Below, piece after piece: positions 20,940-32,900 of a stretch of 64,000 bases of DNA. The DNA comes from an uncultured Christensenellaceae bacterium. Its GTDB lineage: Bacteria; Bacillota; Clostridia; Christensenellales; CAG-1252. Positions within the stretch are counted from its first letter, which is position 1, and each line of letters starts with the position of its first letter. Where the stretch lies: contig CAYMNK010000006.1 in NCBI GenBank assembly GCA_964391805.1, positions 466 through 64,465 on the forward strand, written 5' to 3'. The notes under the pieces were generated by a model. It saw only the letters and a program-made list of their open reading frames with translations, searched no databases and had not been told where the DNA came from. A program made the translations under genes and the position numbers.

Positions 20940-22622
20940 TCAAATGTCTACTTCGTAATATACCTTCTTCAAACCCTTGAATAGGTAAATTACCGAAAAT
21001 ACGAATATCATAAGCGTCAATACCGATTCAAATCCCATAGACGCTAACATTGCTAATTCAGTAGTGTACATAAATCCGATTACTACCGATAATATAATAC
21101 TACCGATACCCGAAATTGCCGATATTATCAATCCTATAAGAATAAGGGTGGATAGATTGGAGTTGCTATCGGTAACCTCGTCATTCTCTGTGTTTGGGAA
21201 ACACGGAGTCTTCATATCCTTTTTGGTCGCATAGGCTATACCCGAAAGAGAAAAGAGCAAGCCGTTAAGAAATACGAATAACGTTTCTCCCGCATTGAGT
21301 AATCCGCTGATAAGTAATGTCAAACTGCTGATAAGTACCGATGCAAACGATACGATCGCACAGAAGAATAATTTACAACCGATTATTTGCTCTACCTTGA
21401 CAGGAAGTGTCTTAAGCATTGCATACATCTTACCATCGCGCGAAATGTTGGTAGCACAGAAGGTGTTGGTCAATAGTCCGAACATTGTAACTACGAAAGC
21501 GGCTATTGCGTAACTGCAATCGGTTGCGAACATTCCTTCAGCCATAGATACCAATAGTTGTACACACACATATACCATAAATGGTAACGATACGGTGGTT
21601 GCAAAGTATTGGAATGCATATCCCGGAGTTCTGATAACCGTCTTGAATTCCTTGAGAAGGAGTGCTTGTACCGTGGAATGCTTCTTAATTTTACCTTTCG
21701 ATTTAAACACTTGAGAGAAGCCCTCTAAGTGCTTTTGCATAAACGAATTGTATATCTTCTTGATCAATAAGTAAGAACCTACCAAACACGCTACAGAGGC
21801 TACAACCAATATCAATATGCTAAGCCATACGCTTTCGCCGAGCATTAGATTGGTAAATAACTTGGCAGGATATAGATAGGTCGAAATCTTATTCAACGTA
21901 TATATCGTACTCATATCGAAGAAGTTTGTAATCTGCCCCGATTGAAGTATCTGATTCAATCCGTTAAGGAATATACTGTATATCCAGAAACCGACTGCAA
22001 TGATTATTACATAACCTATGAGTTTGATAACGAATTTCGACTCGATAAGTTGCATAAAGAGTATGTAGGGCAACGATATCAAACTCGCTATTGCACAACT
22101 TAACGCCGGCAGGAATATAGACGAAATCACAACCATAACGTAATATCCTACTCCGCCTATTCCCGATATGACGTTAAGCACTACGGCTATAGGAATGATT
22201 ATGAATAATGTGGTCACAAGTTGTGAAAAGTACATCTTGACATACTTATGAAGGAATATCGTTCCTGCTTCTATGGGTTGACAAATCAACACGTTGACGT
22301 CCTTGGAGTTGGACACCGCCGAGAAAACCTTGCGCACGCCGTTGATGACGTTGACGAGGAATATCAATCCAAAGGAGAAGGTAAGCATCTCACTTACGCG
22401 GTTGTACAAATCGGATTCCGCATTGTCGTAGACATTGGATAGGTACATCTTGGCAAATGAATGGAATACGTAGATAAATACACCGTATATAAACGCTATA
22501 AGCACTATAGACGATATAAAACCGAGCCAGTCACGTTTCTGTCCCTTCTCTTTGAAGGATTCTGCCTTCCATTCGCAGATATCCTTCTTAAATAATAGTT
22601 TCAGTTTTTTAAGCTCGTTCAT
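20940..22622 (-). CDS. ABC transporter permease, 560 aa, two multi-TM halves (putative ABC-exporter / fused ABC-2 type)
   Basis: ORF track. Highly hydrophobic with about 12 predicted TM stretches. The second half starts with LLLKEFKTVIRTPGY, typical of an ABC-2 permease N-terminus. The start lies 2 nt after the stop of the ATPase gene. Confidence 0.7.
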   Translation of the reverse strand: MNELKKLKLLFKKDICEWKAESFKEKGQKRDWLGFISSIVLIAFIYGVFIYVFHSFAKMYLSNVYDNAESDLYNRVSEMLTFSFGLIFLVNVINGVRKVFSAVSNSKDVNVLICQPIEAGTIFLHKYVKMYFSQLVTTLFIIIPIAVVLNVISGIGGVGYYVMVVISSIFLPALSCAIASLISLPYILFMQLIESKFVIKLIGYVIIIAVGFWIYSIFLNGLNQILQSGQITNFFDMSTIYTLNKISTYLYPAKLFTNLMLGESVWLSILILVVASVACLVGSYLLIKKIYNSFMQKHLEGFSQVFKSKGKIKKHSTVQALLLKEFKTVIRTPGYAFQYFATTVSLPFMVYVCVQLLVSMAEGMFATDCSYAIAAFVVTMFGLLTNTFCATNISRDGKMYAMLKTLPVKVEQIIGCKLFFCAIVSFASVLISSLTLLISGLLNAGETLFVFLNGLLFSLSGIAYATKKDMKTPCFPNTENDEVTDSNSNLSTLILIGLIISAISGIGSIILSVVIGFMYTTELAMLASMGFESVLTLMIFVFSVIYLFKGLKKVYYEVDI

Positions 22623-22624
22623 TT

Positions 22625-23368
22625 CTATTCCTCTGTATCTTGCATAAATACCTTGACTAAACTTTCGTAAGGGTGAGCCTCTCTAAACTCTTCCATGGTG
22701 AAGGAGTCGGTAATATGTCCCTGTGAAACTCTATAAACTCTGTCGCAAATTCTGTCTACTACGTCTAAGTTGTGTGAACAGAACAGTATGCCGTTACCTT
22801 GTTGCTTGTACTCTATCATGTAGGCAAGCAATGCTTCGATAGTCACCGCATCGAGTCCGGTCAAAGGCTCGTCCAACAACCATAGTTTGGGACGGTGAAT
22901 AAGGGATGCCATTAGACATATTTTTTGACGCATACCGTGCGAGTAGGACGATATCATCGAGTAAATGCTGTCACCCAATTTAAAGCGAGAATCCATTTCG
23001 TTGATACGCTCTTGTCTAACGCTTACATCAACATCGTGTAAGTCTGCAATGAAGTTAATGTATTCGAAGCCGGTCATCTTGTCAAACATAGCTCTCGAAT
23101 CGGGAACATATCCCAAGTTCATTTTCGCTTCTACTGCATCAGTCTTGATGTTGTGTCCGCATATGGAGATTTCACCTTTGTCAAAAGGAAAATATCCCGT
23201 TAAACACTTGATGGTGGTGGATTTACCTGCGCCGTTTTTACCCATAATACCAACTATTTCGCCCGAAAAGCATTCTACATTGATGTCTTCGATAGCATAG
23301 TGATCGGCTTTGCCGTATCTTTTTGATAAGCCCTTAATTTCGACTATCAGCTCTCTTTCGTTGTTCAT
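22625..23368 (-). CDS. ABC transporter ATP-binding protein (ABC-2 / EcsA-like subclass)
   Basis: Walker A GKNGAGKST, signature-like YSHGMRQK, Walker B LWLLDEP. RBS AGGAGA. Confidence 0.9.
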   Translation of the reverse strand: MNNERELIVEIKGLSKRYGKADHYAIEDINVECFSGEIVGIMGKNGAGKSTTIKCLTGYFPFDKGEISICGHNIKTDAVEAKMNLGYVPDSRAMFDKMTGFEYINFIADLHDVDVSVRQERINEMDSRFKLGDSIYSMISSYSHGMRQKICLMASLIHRPKLWLLDEPLTGLDAVTIEALLAYMIEYKQQGNGILFCSHNLDVVDRICDRVYRVSQGHITDSFTMEEFREAHPYESLVKVFMQDTEE

Positions 23369-23375
23369 AATTCTC

Positions 23376-23957
23376 CTAATATTCTATTTGTATTTTTTTG
23401 ACAATCTCATAACCGTTATAACCGTATTCGATCGTTATTGCTTTTACATTTTTTTCCTCAACCGATATAACTACCGATACAACGCCCTGTATTGTCGACG
23501 GTTTAACGTCCAAAACAACGGACGGATCGGATAGTTTGAAGGAATATTTCTTGACACCTTCGGTCTCTTCAATCGCTATGTCTCCGTCTATTGACGATTT
23601 GGACAACTCCAATCCGCCATAGAATAAACCGAGTAATTCTTCTTTTGACATAGTGCCATCGGTTTTTTCTTCTACATAGTCGTTTTCACTCCACATATCG
23701 GGGTTGGGTTTATTGATAATACTTTCACATGTAACACTGTCTCCGCTAACTCGATATGAGACTTGCTCGGTGTATATTTCCTTACCCTCGGACGATGCTA
23801 TTATAGAATAACTGCCCGATACTACATTTGAAATCGATCCAAACGCTTCGTTTAGGTCCTTAACATGATCTACTTCGGCTGTTACTTTACATCCGACAAG
23901 CATTATCGCAAGAATCGAAACTAAGATAACCATTACTATTACAATTCTTCTTTTCAT
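23376..23957 (-). CDS. small lipoprotein, function unknown
   Basis: Track ORF 23376..23996. The better start is ATG 23957 (MKRRIVIVMVILVSILAIMLVGC), preceded by GGAGGA. It carries a lipobox, LVGC. Confidence 0.65.
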   Translation of the reverse strand: MKRRIVIVMVILVSILAIMLVGCKVTAEVDHVKDLNEAFGSISNVVSGSYSIIASSEGKEIYTEQVSYRVSGDSVTCESIINKPNPDMWSENDYVEEKTDGTMSKEELLGLFYGGLELSKSSIDGDIAIEETEGVKKYSFKLSDPSVVLDVKPSTIQGVVSVVISVEEKNVKAITIEYGYNGYEIVKKIQIEY

Positions 23958-23973
23958 TTTGTGTTCCTCCTCA

Positions 23974-26900
23974 TTAAAGCGTTTGCTTGATTCCAAAGTA
24001 GGCGACTACCGATATTGCACTTATCAACGCCATCGTGTCGGCAATAGGTATACCGTGTTTAGCGGTTGATACTGCATTCGATAGTTCCTTATGATAGGAA
24101 TTGAAAGCATTTTCCACCGTCTCGACAACCTCGGCATAACTTGCGACCTCGCTAAGCTTAGCACGATCGGTTTCATCGATCTTTTGAAGTTCTTTACGAA
24201 CTGCGGACAATGCTTCGAGCTTCTCGTTAATGCTCATATTCTCGAAACCATCGAGATAAGCGGATATATTTTCGAATACTTCGCTGTAGTTACGAATAAC
24301 ATCAAAAGTCAATTCCTTTTGTCCGCTATAATTGTCGGATAATACCGTGACTTTTATGGTGTATTCACCGCTCTTTTCGATATTTTCAACCACTTCACCG
24401 TTAAAGATCAATTCTTTTTTGAGTTCGACTTTATTGCTACACATCACCTTGATATCGAAGGCTCCGATTATATTGATAGAATCGGTCTTAACTCCTAAAA
24501 TATTGATATTCTTAGTGATATCTTTAGGTACAACCTTCCAAGTACGACTTAACTCGCCCTTGTAATTATTGGAAACTATTTTTGCGTTTATGGTATATGT
24601 TCCGATATCGAATTCATCTCCGGATATTACTTCGTTATTGAAAATTATTTCGCATTCGACATCCACATTGTCAAGTTCGCATTCGACATATACCGAGTTG
24701 GGGAAGGGATCGTATTCCGTTTCTCCGCTTTCGGGAACGTTTACCGCGATAAGTTTATCGCTTATATCCTTCTTGGATACCGTAACGGTATAGTCGGTAA
24801 CGACATCGTCATCGAATATGAACAGGTGATGGTATACAATTATTACCTTAACGTTATACGTTCCAACATCGATTATCTTTTCTACATCTTCGCCGTTAGA
24901 ATCGGTTATTACGATAGAGAAACTATTATTGTCGGCTTCTTTGAGATTACCCGTAATATTCTTAGTCCAATCGAACACCTTGATTTCTTCACCGTCGTTG
25001 TAGATAAACTCGGTTTCCATATTCACAACATTTACTATTGACTTAGTTACCGTGAAGACCGCATCTGCCACCGTAATATCGTAATTATTATTAGAGTATT
25101 CGAGCGTTATCTTGAATTCACCGGTATGATAGTAATCTTTAAAGTTGCTTTCGGTCATTTTTATTTCACCCTCGTCGGACGTGAACATTAACAGTATCTC
25201 TATGCCCAAGTCATCATCGCCGACAACTGTTCCGCTACTGATTCTATACGGATCGTTATTAAGTATATCGATGATATCTTTATACTCGGCTTTATTGTCC
25301 GAAGACTTGTTGGTAAGCGTTATTGTCAAAGGTCTCGGATCAATCGTATATACCGAATTTTCAGGGTTGGTATAGTGTATATCGTATACCATATAATTGG
25401 CGTTACCCTTCTCTACGACGGTTATCTTATACGTACCGACATTATTGACCTCTTCTCTTATGACTTCGATGATGTCACCGATGGTGTCATTGTAACTGAG
25501 AGTGTAGCCTTCGCTTAATTCGGCATCGACTTTGACAACCTCGTTACCGTAAACCATTTGCTTGTCACCAACGGTAAACTCAACCTTCTTTGGGGTGATG
25601 GTATATACCGCATTAACAAATTCGACCGAGTAGTTAGAGTTCAACGCTCTACCGCTTATAGCATACTCGCCGACATTGATACCTCTATCCATCACAAGTT
25701 CATAAATATTTTCAGCTTTATCGTCGTATACTAAGTTACCATCGATTGTTGCAGTTAGTGACGATAATTCTTCGCCATATACAGACGACTTCCTATCGAT
25801 CAATACTTTAATCGGCTTAGACTCGATGACATACTTAGCGGAATTGTATTTAACGGTGTAGTTATCGTTGATACATTGTACGCTTATAGCATATTCGCCT
25901 ACCGATTTTCCTTCCTTTCTCGATAAGGAGATAATGGAATCCAATGTATCGGGAGTAGATTCGCTAACCTGTGCAGTAAGCGCCACATCGCTATCACCGT
26001 ATACGGACTTGACATTGTCAACCGTGACGTTAACAGTCAACTTTGATATATTGTATTGGTATGTAAGATTACCGTTTAATACATAGTTATCTTTATCGGC
26101 TCCCACAAGTTCTTTAACGTTAGCCGTCTTAGAACCGGCATAAATGCATTCATAATCACCTTGAACAACACTTACATCATCGCCCGATACTTTATTTGTT
26201 ATTTCAACGGTTGGCATTTGATTTTTGCCGTTGTACACAAAGTCGCTTGCACTCCATCTCAAGTTAACGGATTTTTTCTCGATTGTATAGCTATATTCGA
26301 ATTGTCCGCCTAAAACATTTATCATTATCGAATAATCACCTGCATTCTTGATAGAATAATCGGCACTACCGTTAACGGTAAGTGTATGCGATACAACGGA
26401 ACCTGTAGCGGAAACTCTTACTTTGACTTTCAAAGTAACTTCTTTACCATCATAGGTCTTGGAATCATTATTAATGCCAAGGTCAACCTCGTAGTAATCC
26501 TCATGAGAAATTACATTGAACGTCCGAGTTTCGCTTTCGGCTACATAGTTACTATTGAGCGATTCCGCGCTCATTTGGTAACTGCCAATTTCTAACTCCG
26601 AATTGAGAGTAACAACTCCGTTCTTAACAGAACCGACTTCGATGCCGTCCTTTAAAATAACAAAGCATATTTCGTTTTTGCTCAATTCTGAACTGACTTC
26701 CATCTTGATGGTTTCGGCAACCTTGCCATACAAAACATCGTTAACATAAAAACTAACTTCTGCTTTGGCGGGCTTAATCTCATACTCAAAGGAAAGCCCG
26801 ACGGATGCAAGAGTATAGTTAGCACTATCCGATCCGCTTATTGTCAAAACAGTTGCCGTATGCTTGCCTGCATCTATACAATCAAATTCACCTAAAACAA

Positions 26901-29900
26901 CGGAAACAGAATCTCCGTCGACTACATTCTCTAAACTGTATTCGGGTATCTGTTCATTTCCGTCATAGACCATTTCGGAGGAATTCCATTTAACAGAAAC
27001 AGTTCTCGGTGTAATTCTATAAGTGAAAACGTATTCTGCTTCACCTACTACCACTCTAATAGTATAGTCTGCTACCAATTTAATAGAGAATACACTGGTT
27101 TCACCGATTAAGTATTCTTTACTAACACCGCTAACTTCATTGCCTGTATCCGTTTCAATTACCTTTACGTCTACATTTACCGACTGACCGTCGTAAACTT
27201 TTTCGTTAACGCTTTCTCCGTCAAATTTGATCTCTAAGGTGTAGTACTTATTATCCTCTACTACGTTTAGTTCTGCATTTTCGCAGGTTGCGTTATAGTT
27301 TGTATCTTTGTTGATAGCCACGATCGTGTATTTACCTACAACAATTTCTTTCTTCAAAGCAACCGTTCTATTGGAATCAACAGTAAAGGCTACTTCGTTT
27401 TCGCTGTCATATGCGACAAACTCAATATTACTTGTAGATATACTCGATGCGCTTTGGCTTACCGCGAAAATCAGCTTAGCTCCGTCGTATATGGACGATA
27501 GCATCACATCACGATTTATATTGACTATTAAAACGGTATCCTTGGGAAGTATCACGAATTCATGGTCAGCAGTAGCATCTAATACATAGTTAGAGTCGGT
27601 CAACACCGCCTTGATATCATACTTGCCTGCGTTGATATACGAAGGTACGCTGACTTGTACGTTATCACCTTCAACCGTTCCCGATAAGGTTACGGAAGGA
27701 GATTGACGCAATCCGTTATAATAATAATCGTTATCGCTCCAAACGGCACTTACCGTCTTGGGTGTAATCGAATAAGTATAGTTTTGTGTGTATCCGTCGG
27801 CAGATATAGCAATTGAGTAGGTTCCTACATTCTTAATAGAATAATCGGTTGATCCGTCTACCGTAACGGTATAAGATTCATTTTCACCGGTCTCGGCATT
27901 CTTTACATTGACGTCGAGTGCTACAACTATGCCGTCATATACTTTACTTAATGGTTCTAAACCTATATCGAAGGAATAATAATCCTTATTATCCACTACC
28001 GAATAGGTACATTTATTCAATTGAGTCAAAGCGTAGTTCTTGTTGGAATTGTTCGCTCTGATTTCATATTCGCCAACGGTAAGAGTGGAATCCGCTCTCA
28101 ATATGCCGTTTATTACATTTGCAACCTTGACGTTATCTTTATATATTTCGTAGGTGAGCGAAATGATATCGCTATCGCCAAAGTCGGAAAGGATAACTAT
28201 CTCGGAATTAGCCTTACTTAACATTACGTTACGAGATGCAAGACTTACCGAAATAGGTTTAGCGGTAATGGTATATGTACCGGTGGTCACGTCAAGACTA
28301 TAATAAGACGATTTATTTCCACTCGTCTTTTGAGCGTTAATAGCGTATTGTCCTACATTTTCGCCGTTTGCCTTGACAAGTTCTAAAACTTCGGATAATT
28401 GATCGCCCTCGACTAATCCTTCAACAACGGCGGTCAGAGTTTCTAATTGTGAACCATATACCGATTTTTTGTCATCAATATTCACCTTAAGGGCTTTTTG
28501 CTTGACACCGCTTATCGAGCTAACAACGCTATAATCGATATCGGCAAAGGAATCCGATGCCTCATATTTACCCACGATGTTACCGCCAAGCACAGAATAC
28601 TCATTCAACGACCTAACTTGGATATTCTTCTTAGTACCGTTTACAAAGGTTGCTTCTGCTGTCGCACTACTATCACCGTAAGTTACGTCGGTTATTGTAA
28701 AGCTGACAATTATTTCACGATAACCAAGCAAACTGCCAACTTCCTCGCTGATGGCGGAATTGACAAAGGTCAACTCTTCGCTTGCCAAACCCTTGATAAC
28801 CGATTGATATTCGTCAAATACATCCTTAGCTTCGCTTATTAATTTTTCACTCGTCGAATGAGCCAACGCCTCGACATTGGCAATATGCTTACTCAATGCT
28901 GTTTTACGGATGTAAACATCTGCGGAGTGGTCTATAATGTAATCTTCAGAAGTGAAAACTACACTTTGTACATACAAATCGCTTAACGCGCTCGGTAACA
29001 ATTTAACCGACGCGGTGTTTCCGTTATAGAATGTAGCGGTTGCGTTTACATCGAGGTCTTGTATAAGTCTACCGGACTTATCGTAAACTTGAATATAAGA
29101 CGAATCGGCATTCACCGATATGGATTTGGTAACATCGAGTGTAATTCTATCTAACGAATCCCATTCATTAACAATCTTAACCGATTTATCAAACAGCTTG
29201 GCTTGATATTCGATATTTCCGTTAACTACTGCCCAAACGCTGAACAAGCCGTCGGAATCGCTCTTTTTAGATACACCGTCAACGATAACTACTACATCCT
29301 GAACTTTATCACCGATGTAAAGTTCACGCTGAACCAATAACTCGCCGTTAACAAGTTTAGCAAAATAACCTTGCATATTTTGGTTAAGCTCGATAGTCCA
29401 ATCTTCAACTTCAAACTTCTCGGCAGAATCCATTGTAAAGGATTCTAATACAAAATTGGTACCAGACTTAATTGAATATGATTGATAGGATGTACCCTTT
29501 TCAAGAAGTTCGAAATCTCCGCTACCTAAGCCTTGCACTCTTGCAGTAATATGTAGTTTCGCGGTATTTATATCATCGCCCGAATAATAGCCACCCATTG
29601 TAATTACTTTTTTTAATTCTGCATTCACGCCTACATTTACGATAGCACCGTCACGGGTAGATTGAATAATTCCCGCAAAGGCACCGTCAATATTGACGAT
29701 CGAATTATTGATAAACATTCCGCTAACGGCAAATCCGTTATCACGGAGTTGATCTGCATATGGATAATACTTAGCTATAACCGGAGCTAACAACAAAGAA
29801 TCAAGAGCATATAGTCCACCATTTACTTGTAGCGTACCGCCTTCGGCAACAATCATTTCACTTCCCGGAAGAATCATATATTCTCTGCCCGCGGGAATTA

Positions 29901-32900
29901 CAAGCGTTGCTCCGTCGGTGATAACATAGTTGAAAGTATAAGGTAACCCCAATACCATTTCCATGGAACCGAATCCCTGCATGGAAAATTCACCCATCCA
30001 TATTTCACCATGAAAACTCAATGTAGTAACACCACAATCTTCAAGGTGAGCTTCCCCCATTTGAAGATTGACGCTTTTGGGACTATAACTAAAATCGATA
30101 TATGAGTTCTCGGTAATCCAATATAAAGCACCGTCTGCACCGTCAATTCTATTCTCGATAGAATTGACAACCACAACGTCTTGGGTATTGATAGCGCTCA
30201 TAGCAAACAATGCCGCGTGTCCTACAAGTTTCGCGCCGTAACGAAGAGTGTAGTTACATTGAACATTCATTAATCCGTAGTTGTAAAACGGGAAGCAGTT
30301 AGCCTCATAATAATGCAATGTAATGGTACCACCTTCATAGTTGTTGACGATAAACGGCATTCTCAATGTGGTATTATCTTGTAAATCGATATTACCCGAG
30401 CCGATAACCAATCCCATAACATCAAGATAAGCACCGTCATGTATCTCTATAGTTCCGTTATTTACTATTTGTGAATATGCACCCGAAGTATGTCCCTGTG
30501 CCGACTGATCTTGGGTAAACATTACCGCACCGAGCGTCAATTTACTTTCGATAACAACAGTAACGCCCTTATTAACGGTAAGAGTTAGGTATAAATATTG
30601 ACTTCTCGTTTTTTCCGTTGCCCAAGAAACACACTGAGATGTACCGCCTATTGCGTATCCGGTTTTATCCTTAGCGCTGAACGGAATAAGTATTTCAACC
30701 CCCTTAGGTACGGTAAGGTCTTCGCTAATTGTAGTATCGTTGATAAGGACTATCTGTCCCGATGTAACATTAGCAACGGCTTCGTTTAACGATGTATAGA
30801 AACCTTTATCCGATTTAGCTACATAATAATCGGGAAGTTGCATAACCGCTTTAACGGTGGTGTCGCCAATTAAAACAAAGGAATAGTCCACATCGGTAGA
30901 AACCAACTCATCGTTAATTATCCAACCGTAGAAGACTTTACCGGCATTCGGAGATGCTTTAAGGGTAATTTTAGTACCAACCGACAATTCCTCTCCGCTG
31001 TCGATAGTCGATCCGTCAACCGAAGCGGTAAACGAGCCAAACTCGTCAAAATCGGTGGAAGCTGTAAATGAAGCATTACCTACATAATAGGCAACGCCCG
31101 AAATGGCAAATAAATCCGATGTTTCGTCAGTATAACTGTCGAATGAACTTGCTTTAAAATAATAGATGCGTACGATCGCCGTACTACCTTCGGCTTCTAT
31201 ATTGCATGTCTTACGACGCCAGCCGTGACTGCCATGGTTAGCTTTTTTCAATGAATACTCATCATAAGCTTCGCCGATATAATATTTGGCTAACGTAGAT
31301 TCCTCTATCGAACTAAAATCGAGTTCTTTATCGACGGTAATCAAACAATAAGAATATTCGTCGATATCCATATAATAATCAAAGACAAATGAACCGGTTC
31401 CGCGTACTTCGAAAGAAATAACGGATACGCTCGACTTGACACCTCTATTACCCGGGATGTAAGCGATTTTTTCGGTCGATACGGGAGAAAAGTATCTAAA
31501 AGGTTTATCATTGTCGTTAGTGATAACGATATCGGTACTGCCTTCCGCTATTAAGTCCTTTTCGATAGTATAGGTGGTAACCTTATTAATGGTATACTCG
31601 AATTTGGTATCGGCATATGTTTCTTTTGAATAAACAAAGGTGAAGGTGTGGTCGTAATCTAAGGTACCGAAGGAATAAACATATTGACCTTGTGCATCTA
31701 CAAGCTTTTTAGCTTTCAAAACGCCGTCAACGTACAAATCACATTGCTCGTTGTCTACACCGATTGTCGGCGCTGCTAAGGTAAGCTCAACTGTAACGGT
31801 TTTATCGAATTCGTATACTCCGCCATTCTTTACCGACAGATTACCGGTAACACCGTTTTTCTTGATCATTAGATTTATATTTTCACTCGGTAAATTCAAC
31901 AATGCCAAGAACTCAATGTCGAGAGTTGCATTACCGTCGAAATATGCATCAATCCTATAAGAATCTACACCGTCTTCAAAGGACTTCTCATCTGACTTTT
32001 TCGCTTCGCCGTTAGAATTTAGAACCTTGAACTTATAACTGAAAACTTTAATGATTTCTGCATCATAGCCCGACTCCATGTAGATGGGTGTATTCAAATA
32101 CTTAAGCACTTGGTTCCCACCGTTTACGAGTTCAACTTTATTATCATAGGAGTCAAAATAGTACACACTACCCCAAATATCATTGTATTTCAAAGTCAAA
32201 GTATAATAATCCGATTCTTCCTTTGTCGAAGACAAATTACTTACACGCATTTCGGCAGTGCTTGAAGAGCCCGCTATAGGATCATAGTTAACGGTAATCA
32301 CATCGAAAGAAGCTTTCAACACCAATGCACCATCGGTATAGTCATTATTACTCACCGTACCCCCGACTCTGGTGCTCTTTACATTAAAAGAATTGGAATC
32401 GGTCTTAATCACACCGCAATTGCTACCATAGCTGTTGGTGGCATCAACGCAAATCGCGCTGAATTTAAGGTAATCCACGCCTTTGGTAACTAAACGCATA
32501 GTGCTTGCGGTCAATCTGTCACTCTCTTGAGATAGAAATACACCATCTTCGGTTTTTCTCCAACCGTTTTCCGCGGGAAGATAGTAAACTCCTTCGATCT
32601 CGGTTAAGGTCCAACCGACGCTTATGGTTATAAGCTGAGATTTATCAACGTCGCCGTCTTTAAGAGTAAGTCTATAAGTACCGACACCGGATATTCCCGA
32701 AAGAAGGATAGTTTTACCGTCCGAAGATAGTTCATAGCTTTCAACTTCACTAATAACCTTTTCGCCTTCGTCATCGAGTGTTACGTTGACCTTAGCAAAA
32801 GAAAAGTTATCGGCAGAAACTGCTGACGATAAAACCAATTTAAGATCGCTCGAATCGCCAAAAACGAAATATTCATCGTTTTTGGAATCGACTTCAGTTC

